From contig DMYQ01000119.1 of assembly GCA_003482555.1 (NCBI GenBank), positions 32,589 through 79,022 of the forward strand: a stretch of DNA of 46,434 nt, given 5' to 3'. Source of the stretch: Janthinobacterium sp. Lineage in GTDB: Bacteria; Pseudomonadota; Gammaproteobacteria; Burkholderiales; Burkholderiaceae_D. A model generated the notes under the pieces. The model worked only from the letters and a program-made list of their open reading frames with translations, was not told the origin of the DNA and did not search any database. Positions within the stretch are counted from its first letter, which is position 1. Each line of letters starts with the position of its first letter. Of this stretch, positions 39,222-46,434 are shown piece by piece. A program made the position numbers and the translations under genes.

Positions 39222-40454
39222 TCAGGGGCGCGCGTCCAGCCAGGCCCGCGCGCTGGCGCCCGCGGCCAGCCCGCTCGCCAGGCAAGCCGTCAACAGATAC
39301 CCCCCCGTCGGCGCTTCCCAGTCCAGCATTTCCCCGGCCACGAAGACGCCGGGCCGGGCTTGCAGCATCAGCTTGTCCAGCCCCTCGAAACGCACCCCGC
39401 CGGCGCTGCTGATGGCTTCATCGATCGGACGCGCGCGGCACAGGCGCAGCGGCAGCAGCTTGATCGCCTGCGCCAGCCGCGCCGGATCGGCGAATTCCTG
39501 CGCCGACAGGCATTCGCGCAGCAAGCCCGATTTCACGCCCTTCAGGCCGAGCCGGCTTTGCAGGTGGCTGGCCATCGAGCGCGCGCCGCGCGGCCGGCAC
39601 ACTTCATCCATCACCCGCGCCGCACTCCAGTCGGGCAGCAGGTCGAGGTGGATCAGGGCGCTGCCATCGGCTTTGACTTGCTCGCGCAGGGCGGCCGAGA
39701 GTGCGTAAATGAGGCTGCCTTCGACGCCGCCGGCCGTGACCACGAATTGGCCCTGCTTGCGCGTCTCGTTCCCGGCGCCGTCGCGCGCCCGGATCGCCAC
39801 CGTCGGCAAGGGATGGCCGGCGTAGCGGCTGCTGAAATGCGCGCTCCAGGCGACGTCGAAGCCGCAGTTGGCGGGTTCCAGCGGCGCTACCGGGACGCCT
39901 TCGGCTTGCAGCAGGGGCAGCCAGGCGCCGTCCGAACCGAGGCGCGCCCAACTGCCGCCGCCGAGGGCCAGCACGATCGCGTCGGCCGGCGCCGTCAGCG
40001 CGCCGTCCGGCGTGGCGAACAGGGGAAGATTCTCGCGCCAGCCCAGCCAGCGGTGCCGCATGTGGAAGCCGACGCCGGCTTCGCGCAGGCGGTGCAACCA
40101 GGCGCGCAACAGCGGCGCCGCCTTCATGTCGGTCGGGAAGACCCGGCCCGAACTGCCGACGAAGGTATCGACGCCGAGCGCCGCCACCCAGGCCCGCACC
40201 TGATCCGGCCCGAAGGCGTCCAGCATGGGCCGCAAGGCGGCCGCGCGCGCCCCGTAGCGGGTGACGAAATCGGCGTAGGGTTCGGCGTGGGTGATGTTCA
40301 TGCCGCCCCGCCCCGCCAGCAGGAACTTGCGGCCGACCGAGGGCATGGCGTCGTACAGGTCGACTTGGGCGCCGCCCTCGGCCAGGGCTTGCGCCGCCAT
40401 CAGGCCGGCCGGGCCGCCGCCGATGACGGCGACGCGGGAATTTTTTGTGCTCAT
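39222..40454 (-). CDS. HI0933/YhiN(BaiN)-like flavoprotein
   Basis: IGGGPAGL, GRKFLLAGRGGMNITH, GSSGRVFP, ALGGGSW, AISSAGGV, GEMLDWEAPTGGYLL; start ATG 40454. Confidence 0.9.
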   Translation of the reverse strand: MSTKNSRVAVIGGGPAGLMAAQALAEGGAQVDLYDAMPSVGRKFLLAGRGGMNITHAEPYADFVTRYGARAAALRPMLDAFGPDQVRAWVAALGVDTFVGSSGRVFPTDMKAAPLLRAWLHRLREAGVGFHMRHRWLGWRENLPLFATPDGALTAPADAIVLALGGGSWARLGSDGAWLPLLQAEGVPVAPLEPANCGFDVAWSAHFSSRYAGHPLPTVAIRARDGAGNETRKQGQFVVTAGGVEGSLIYALSAALREQVKADGSALIHLDLLPDWSAARVMDEVCRPRGARSMASHLQSRLGLKGVKSGLLRECLSAQEFADPARLAQAIKLLPLRLCRARPIDEAISSAGGVRFEGLDKLMLQARPGVFVAGEMLDWEAPTGGYLLTACLASGLAAGASARAWLDARP

Positions 40455-40525
40455 GAATCGATCCGAAGGATGGCGCGCGATGCTGGCGCCGAGCCGCATT
40501 TTAATCGAGATCCGCGCGCGCCAGA

Positions 40526-40783
40526 CTATCCCCCCGTCACCGGCGGGAAAAACGCTACTTCGCACGCCTCCGTCAGCGCCGTGTCGGCGTCGCACATGAT
40601 CTGGTTGCAGGCCATGCGCAGCGACCGCCCTTCGGCCAGCGCCTCGCTCCAGGCGCCGCCGCGGCCGATCAGCCAGGCGCGCAACTCGCCCACGGTCGCC
40701 AACGGGGCCGGCAGGGTCAGCGATTCCTGGGATGTGCCGAGCGTCTCGCGCACGCTGGCAAAAAACCGCAGCGTAATATTCAT
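40526..40783 (-). CDS. moaD: Molybdopterin synthase sulfur carrier subunit
   Basis: FFAS.RE...EVAFFPPVTGG C-terminus; start ATG 40783. Confidence 0.95.
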   Translation of the reverse strand: MNITLRFFASVRETLGTSQESLTLPAPLATVGELRAWLIGRGGAWSEALAEGRSLRMACNQIMCDADTALTEACEVAFFPPVTGG

Positions 40784-40791
40784 GTCGTCTC

Positions 40792-42045
40792 TTAATGTAG
40801 CAGTTCGCTGAAGGGGATGAAGCGGACGCTGTCGCCCGCCGCGATGGTCTGGCCGGGCGGATTGTCGATCACGCCGTCGCCCCAGACGGTCGAGGTCAAG
40901 ACACCCGAGCCCTGGTTCGGGAACAGATCGAGGCCGCCGCCGGCGTTCATGCGGGCGCGCAGGAACTCGTTGCGCCGGTCGGCCTTGGGCCAGTTGAAAT
41001 CGGCGCGCAGGCTGTAGGCCTTCGGCGCCAGCGCGGCCAGGTCTTCGACGCCCTGCAGGCGCAAAATGAAGGGCCGCACGAACATCAGGAAGGTGATGAA
41101 GCTCGACACCGGATTGCCCGGCAAACCGATGAAAAAGGCATCCTTGACTTCGCCGAAGGCCAGCGGCTTGCCCGGCTTGACGGCGATCTGCCACATGTTC
41201 AGGCTCCCTTCCGCTTCGACGGCCGGCTTGATGTGATCTTCTTCGCCGACCGAGACGCCGCCCGAGGTGATGATCAAGTCGTGCGCCTCGGCGGCCGCGC
41301 GCAGCACGCCGCGGGTGGCGTCCAGCGCGTCCGGTACGATGCCGTAGTCGCTGATGTCGCAGCCGAGGTTTTCCAGCAGCGCGCGCAGGGTGAAGCGGTT
41401 CGAATTGTAGATGGCGCCCGGCGCCAGCGGTTCGCCCGGCATGGTCAATTCATCGCCGGTGAAAAAGACCGCCACGCGCAGCTTGCGCCGCACCGGCAGT
41501 TGCGCCAGGCCGACCGAGGCGGCCAGGCCCAATTCCTGGCTGCGCAGGCGCGTGCCGGCCGCCAGGATCACGCTGCCGCTGCCGATGTCTTCGCCGGCGC
41601 GGCGTATCCAGTCGCCGGCGGCGGGCGCGTGGCGCACCGTGACGACGCCATCGGCCAGCTCACACTGCTCCTGCATCACGACGGCGTCGGCGCCGTCCGG
41701 GATCAGGGCGCCGGTAAAGATACGCGCCGCCGTGCCGGGCTGCAAAGGCTGGCCCACGTGGCCGGCCGGGATGCGCTGCGACACCGGCAAGGCGGCCGCG
41801 CCGCTGGCGCAGTCGCGCGCGCGCACGGCGTAACCGTCCATCTGCGTGTTGTCGCGCGCCGGCACGTTCATGGCCGAGGTCTGGGCCACGGCCAGCACGC
41901 GGCCGTTCGCCTCCAGGGTGGGCACGGTATCGATGGCGGCGACGGGACGGGCCGCCGCCAGCAGGAAGTCGAGCGCCGCGCGCACGGACAGCATCGGCTT
42001 GGGCGGCTTGGGCAGCTTGGGCAGCTTGGGCATATCAGCGCTCAT
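40792..42045 (-). CDS. moeA: Molybdopterin molybdotransferase
   Basis: MDGYA, RIFTGA, TGDEL, SGGVSVGEED, KPGKP, LPGNPVS. Confidence 0.96.
   Translation of the reverse strand: MSADMPKLPKLPKPPKPMLSVRAALDFLLAAARPVAAIDTVPTLEANGRVLAVAQTSAMNVPARDNTQMDGYAVRARDCASGAAALPVSQRIPAGHVGQPLQPGTAARIFTGALIPDGADAVVMQEQCELADGVVTVRHAPAAGDWIRRAGEDIGSGSVILAAGTRLRSQELGLAASVGLAQLPVRRKLRVAVFFTGDELTMPGEPLAPGAIYNSNRFTLRALLENLGCDISDYGIVPDALDATRGVLRAAAEAHDLIITSGGVSVGEEDHIKPAVEAEGSLNMWQIAVKPGKPLAFGEVKDAFFIGLPGNPVSSFITFLMFVRPFILRLQGVEDLAALAPKAYSLRADFNWPKADRRNEFLRARMNAGGGLDLFPNQGSGVLTSTVWGDGVIDNPPGQTIAAGDSVRFIPFSELLH
41996..42031 (-). repeat. In-frame 9-bp tandem repeat x4 in the moeA 5' end
   Basis: (G/A)GCTTGGGC x4 on plus, encoding PKL-PKL-PKP-PKP. 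Confidence 0.85.
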
Positions 42046-42050
42046 GGCGC

Positions 42051-43538
42051 TTACAAACCCGTGTTGGCCGCGATATAGGCCTGCATCCTGGCCACGTCGG
42101 TGCTCATGACAACAAATTTCTGCGGCAAGTCTTCGATCTTGTCGAAGCCGGCCGGACGTTCCGCGTCCACGCCCAGGGCGTCGAGGATGGTTTCATTGAA
42201 CTTGGCCGCCAGCGCCGTTTCCAGCACGATCATCGGCACGCCCGGCTCCATGTGCTCGCGCGCCACCTTGATGCCGTCGGCGGTGTGGGTGTCGATGACG
42301 ATGCCGTAATCGTCGGCCACGTCGCGGATGGTGTCGAGGCGATCCTTGTGGGTCGATTTGCCGGACTTGAAGCCGAATTTCGCCACTTGCTTGAATTCGT
42401 CGCCGTCGCTACCCGGCTTGCCGGACAGGTCGAAGCCGCCCTTGCTGTCGACTTTTTCAAACAGGGCCCGCACCCGCTCGCTGTCCCGCCCGACCAGTTC
42501 GTAGATGAAGCGCTCGAAATTGGAGGCCTTCGAGATATCCATCGACGGGCTGCTGGTGTGGTAAGTCTCGGCCGACTTGCGCACGCGGTAGACGCCGGTG
42601 TGGAAGAATTCGTCGAGCACGTCGTTTTCATTGGTGGCGGCGACCAGTTTATCGATCGGCAAACCCATCATGCGGGCGATGTGGCCGGCGCAGATATTCC
42701 CGAAGTTGCCGGACGGGACGGTGAACGACACCTTTTGCGTGTTGTCCGTGGTGGCCGCCAGGTAGCCGCGGAAGTAATACACCACCTGGGCCACGATGCG
42801 GGCCCAATTGATCGAATTGACGGTGCCGATTTTTTGCGCGGCCTTGAAGGGCAGATCGTTGGAGACGGCCTTGACCATGTCCTGGCAATCGTCGAACACG
42901 CCCTCGACGGCGATATTGAAGATGTTCGGGTCTTGCAGGCTGAACATCTGCGCGCTCTGGAAGGCGCTCATCTTCTTGTGCGGCGAGAGCATGAAGACGC
43001 GGATGCCCTTCTTGCCGCGCATCGCATATTCGGCCGCGCTGCCGGTGTCGCCCGAGGTGGCGCCGAAGATATTGAGCTCGCCCTTTTGCCTGGCCAGCGC
43101 ATACTCGAACAGATTGCCCAGCAATTGCATCGCCATATCCTTGAAGGCCAGGGTCGGGCCGTTCGACAGCGCCTGCAGCAGCAAGGTGGTGGCGCCGCCC
43201 TTGCCCAGGTTTTCTTCCAGCACGCGCAGCGGCGTGATATCGGCCGCCTTTTCGCCCTCGCGCGCGTTGCAGTAGACCGCCTTCGTGTACGTCTTCGCCG
43301 TCAGCGCCTTCAAATCGGCTTCAGGAATATCGGTGGCGAACTTGCGCAAGATCTGAAAAGCCAGTTCCGCGTAGGACAGCTTGCGCCAGGCATCGAGTTC
43401 GGCGCCCGTCACCTGCGGATACTCGGCCGGCAGATACAGGCCGCCATCCGGGGCCAGGCCACCCAGGAGAATATCGGAAAACTGTTGCGGACTGGACGAA
43501 GCTGGCGCCTTGGCGGCGCGGGTAGACACGTATTGCAT
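42051..43538 (-). CDS. thrC: Threonine synthase
   Basis: YVSTR, GLAPDGGL, GPTLAFKD (PLP Lys), ATSGDTG, NSINWAR, VPSGNFGN, PSMDI. Confidence 0.97.
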   Translation of the reverse strand: MQYVSTRAAKAPASSSPQQFSDILLGGLAPDGGLYLPAEYPQVTGAELDAWRKLSYAELAFQILRKFATDIPEADLKALTAKTYTKAVYCNAREGEKAADITPLRVLEENLGKGGATTLLLQALSNGPTLAFKDMAMQLLGNLFEYALARQKGELNIFGATSGDTGSAAEYAMRGKKGIRVFMLSPHKKMSAFQSAQMFSLQDPNIFNIAVEGVFDDCQDMVKAVSNDLPFKAAQKIGTVNSINWARIVAQVVYYFRGYLAATTDNTQKVSFTVPSGNFGNICAGHIARMMGLPIDKLVAATNENDVLDEFFHTGVYRVRKSAETYHTSSPSMDISKASNFERFIYELVGRDSERVRALFEKVDSKGGFDLSGKPGSDGDEFKQVAKFGFKSGKSTHKDRLDTIRDVADDYGIVIDTHTADGIKVAREHMEPGVPMIVLETALAAKFNETILDALGVDAERPAGFDKIEDLPQKFVVMSTDVARMQAYIAANTGL

Positions 43539-43596
43539 AAATAGGGGAATCCGGTTGGGCTACAGGCTGAAAGGCGTCGCGTGCGACTGAGCGCAT

Positions 43597-43625
43597 ATTA
43601 TAGTGCGCCCCGCCCCGGCTGGCGA
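43597..43625 (-). promoter_or_regulatory. Probable thrC sigma70 promoter
   Basis: TATAAT (43602-43597) with TCGCCA 17 bp upstream. Confidence 0.45.
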
Positions 43626-43653
43626 ACCGCGCGCAAATTCCCCCTCACAACTT

Positions 43654-43715
43654 TGGGGTCAGGTCTCGCATTGTCGCTTTTCGCCAAAAAACCGACAATG
43701 CGAGACCTGACCCCA
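43654..43715. repeat. Long perfect inverted repeat (REP-like palindromic unit) between sdaA and thrC
   Basis: TGGGGTCAGGTCTCGCATTGTCG-N16-CGACAATGCGAGACCTGACCCCA, 23-bp perfect arms. Confidence 0.8.
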
Positions 43716-43734
43716 TTGTTGCATTGTTGCAGGG

Positions 43735-45144
43735 TCAGCAGGCGGCGTGGTTGACGGTGATGACGTGGATGGCCAGCCCGCCCAGCGAGGTTTCCTTGTA
43801 TTTGTCTTGCATGTCGGCGCCGGTCTGGCGCATGGTTTCAATGACCTCGTCGAGGCTGACGAAGTGGGTGCCGTCGCCTTTCAGAGCCAGCGAGGCGGCC
43901 GTGATGGCTTTCACGGCGCCCATGCCGTTGCGCTCGATGCAGGGAATTTGCACCAGGCCGCCGATCGGGTCGCAAGTCATGCCGAGGTGATGTTCGATGC
44001 CGATTTCGGCGGCGTTTTCGATTTGCTCGTTGCTGCCGCCCAGGGCCGCCACCAGGCCCGCCGCCGCCATCGCGCAGGCCACGCCGACTTCGCCCTGGCA
44101 GCCGATTTCGGCGCCGGAAATCGAGGCGTTGCGTTTGCACAACATACCGATGGCGGCCGAGGTCAACATGAATTTGCGCACGCCGGCCACCGGGTCGCTC
44201 GGATGGCAGTCTTCCGCGTAGTAGCGCAGCACGGCCGGGATGATGCCGGCGGCGCCATTGGTGGGCGCCGTCACGACCCGGCCGCCGGCCGCGTTTTCTT
44301 CGTTGACGGCCATGGCGTACAGGCTGACCTGGTGGATCGCGTCGTGCGGCAAGTCATTGGCGCGGTCGGTGGAAGCCTTGGCGTCTTGCACCTGGCGCCA
44401 CAGCAAGGCGGCGCGGCGCTTGACGTTCAGCCCGCCCGGCAATTTGCCGCCCGTTTCCAGACCATGGGTGATGCAGTCGCGCATCACGTGCCAGATCTTG
44501 TCGATGCCGGCGTTCAATTCGTCGTTGCTCAGTTTGACGCATTCGTTGGCGCGCAGCATGGCCGGGATCGACAGGCCGCTGGCCTTGCCATGCGCCAGCA
44601 ATTCATTCATCGTGTCGAAGGGATAGGCGACGGTGGAGCGCGGCGCGTCGGCCGCCGCCGCCGCCAGCAATTTCGCCTGCGCCTCGCCCTCGGCGTGGAT
44701 GAAGCCCCCGCCGACGGAATAAAAGACGCGCGCGATCTGGCTGCCATCGGCCAGGCGCAGGGTGAAGCGCATGCCGTTCGGATGCTCGGGCAGCGATTCG
44801 CTCTTATGCCACAACAAGCCGCTGGCCGCGGTGAACGGCACCGGGTGCGTGCCGAGCAGCTTGATTTCGCGCGCCGCCTCGACCCCGGCCAGTTTGCTGT
44901 CGACTTCGTCGGGGGCCAGGTCTTGCGGCGTTTCACCCATCAAGCCGAGGATGACGGCCTTGTCGGTGGCGTGGCCGACGCCGGTCAAGGCAAGGGAACC
45001 GTACAGGGCCGCTTCGATCCCAACGGCCTGCTCCAGGGAGCCGCATTCGATCAAAAAGCGCCGCGCCGCGACCATCGGCCCCACGGTGTGGGAACTCGAC
45101 GGCCCGATGCCGATTTTAAACAGATCAAATACGCTCATGTCCAT
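43735..45144 (-). CDS. sdaA: L-serine ammonia-lyase (Fe-S, single chain)
   Basis: [74 protein letters not shown]. Confidence 0.97.
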   Translation of the reverse strand: MDMSVFDLFKIGIGPSSSHTVGPMVAARRFLIECGSLEQAVGIEAALYGSLALTGVGHATDKAVILGLMGETPQDLAPDEVDSKLAGVEAAREIKLLGTHPVPFTAASGLLWHKSESLPEHPNGMRFTLRLADGSQIARVFYSVGGGFIHAEGEAQAKLLAAAAADAPRSTVAYPFDTMNELLAHGKASGLSIPAMLRANECVKLSNDELNAGIDKIWHVMRDCITHGLETGGKLPGGLNVKRRAALLWRQVQDAKASTDRANDLPHDAIHQVSLYAMAVNEENAAGGRVVTAPTNGAAGIIPAVLRYYAEDCHPSDPVAGVRKFMLTSAAIGMLCKRNASISGAEIGCQGEVGVACAMAAAGLVAALGGSNEQIENAAEIGIEHHLGMTCDPIGGLVQIPCIERNGMGAVKAITAASLALKGDGTHFVSLDEVIETMRQTGADMQDKYKETSLGGLAIHVITVNHAAC

Positions 45145-45193
45145 GGGGGTCTCTTATATTATGATTTTATTGTTATGCTAATTGGGGTGGGGC

Positions 45194-46156
45194 TCAGGCC
45201 GCCTTGGCCAGCTTGACGTCGATATTGGCAAGCATGTCGGCCACCAGTTGCGCCATGTCGATGCGCGCCTTCCAGCCCCAGTCGGCGCCGGCTTCGGCGT
45301 CGTCCAGGCTTTGCGGCCAGCTATCGGCGATGGCCTGGCGGCTGTCCGGCTTATAACTGATTTTGAATTCCGGCAGCGCTGCCGTGATGGCGGCGGCCAG
45401 TTGTTCCGGGTCGAAGGACAGGCCGGCGACATTGTAGGCCGAGCGGATTTTGACCTGGGCGGCCGGCGCGTCCATCAATTCGATGGTGGCGCGGATGGCG
45501 TCGGGCATGTAGATCATCGGCAGCGCGGTGCGCGCTCCCAGGAAGCATTCATAGCGCTCGCCGCGCAGGGCGGCGTGGAAGATCGCGATGGCGTAGTCGG
45601 TGGTGCCGCCGCCCGGGGGCGATTTGTAGCTGATGATGCCGGGATAGCGGATGCTGCGCACGTCGACGCCGTATTTGCTGAAGTAGTATTCGCACAGGCG
45701 CTCGCCGGCCAGCTTGCTGATGCCGTAGATCGTGGTCGGATCCATCACCGTCATCTGCGGCGTGTTCACGCGCGGCGTGTTGGGGCCGAAGGCGGCGATC
45801 GACGAGGGCCAGAACACGCGCAGCGGGGTGCCAGCTTCGCCGCGTTCGCGCGCCACTTCGAGGATATTCAGCAGGCCGTCCATGTTCAGGGTCCAGGCTT
45901 TCAGCGGGGCTTGCTCGCCGGTGGCCGACAGCAGCGCCGCCAGCTGGTACACCTGGGTGATGTTTTCCCGTGCGACCAGCGCGGCCAGGCCGGCCCGGTC
46001 CAGCACGTCGAGCCGGGTGTAGCGCGCCGCCTGATACACATTGACGGCGCCGATGTCGCCCGCGATGACGTTTTGCGCGCCGTGTTGCGCCGCCAGCGCG
46101 CCCACCAGTTCGCTGCCAATTTGACCGTTGGCGCCGATGACTAAGATACGTTCCAT
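45194..46156 (-). CDS. L-threonine 3-dehydrogenase, extended SDR (GalE-like) type
   Basis: GANGQIG, LAALLSATGE, PSSIAAFG, YGISK, RYPG, GGGTTDYA, RQAIADSWP; directly downstream of kbl. Confidence 0.9.
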   Translation of the reverse strand: MERILVIGANGQIGSELVGALAAQHGAQNVIAGDIGAVNVYQAARYTRLDVLDRAGLAALVARENITQVYQLAALLSATGEQAPLKAWTLNMDGLLNILEVARERGEAGTPLRVFWPSSIAAFGPNTPRVNTPQMTVMDPTTIYGISKLAGERLCEYYFSKYGVDVRSIRYPGIISYKSPPGGGTTDYAIAIFHAALRGERYECFLGARTALPMIYMPDAIRATIELMDAPAAQVKIRSAYNVAGLSFDPEQLAAAITAALPEFKISYKPDSRQAIADSWPQSLDDAEAGADWGWKARIDMAQLVADMLANIDVKLAKAA

Positions 46157-46173
46157 GTTTTTCTTCTTTCCGA

Positions 46174-46434
46174 TTATTGAGTCTTGAGCAGGCCGAGCTC
46201 GCGCCCCGCCTGTTCGAATGCGGCCAGCACCGTCACCAGTTGCGCGCGCGTGTGGGCGGCCGACAGTTGCACGCGCACGCGCGCCTGGCCCATCGGCACC
46301 ACCGGATAAAAGAAGCCGGTGACCAGCACGCCCAGCTCGTACATTCGGGCGGCGAATTTTTGCGCCACCGGCGCATCGAACAGCATCACCGGCACCACCG
46401 GATGCGTGCCCGGCTTGATGGTGAAGCCGAGGCG
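46174..46434 (-). CDS. kbl: Glycine C-acetyltransferase (2-amino-3-ketobutyrate CoA ligase), C-terminal part
   Basis: GFTIKPGTHPVVPVML.DA...GFFYPVVPMGQARVRVQLSAAH; 5' part lies outside the window. Confidence 0.9.
   Translation of the reverse strand, partial: RLGFTIKPGTHPVVPVMLFDAPVAQKFAARMYELGVLVTGFFYPVVPMGQARVRVQLSAAHTRAQLVTVLAAFEQAGRELGLLKTQ

Overview
High-GC betaproteobacterial chromosomal segment (Burkholderiales, probably Oxalobacteraceae; inferred from gene order and protein sequences). From left to right: an OsmC-family gene, a marR/hydrolase pair, a PAS-GAF-GGDEF-EAL protein and a cyanophycin locus (DUF1854 and an ABC exporter divergent from two tandem cyanophycin synthetase paralogues, followed by an Asp/Glu-racemase-family gene). 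Next come a small AT-richer islet (CMD protein, probable LysR relic, vapBC), ybbA/tesA/mnmH, and the core block ppiD - 2x tRNA-Asp - hupB - lon - clpX - clpP - tig - tRNA-Leu. The right part holds an RND pump divergent from hpnCDE, DUF1700/DUF2807, a flavoprotein, moaD/moeA, thrC and kbl-tdh-sdaA. The strongest signal is that the two CphA paralogues have complementary active-site losses: the first keeps only the N-domain primer-generating metal site, while the second keeps the two ligase sites but has lost that metal site. This suggests a two-subunit cyanophycin synthetase linked to an uncharacterised exporter and a racemase. A second signal is two tRNA-derived relics that keep their acceptor-stem ends and sit directly upstream of ppiD and tig. 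All calls come from motif recognition by eye; no database searches were run.
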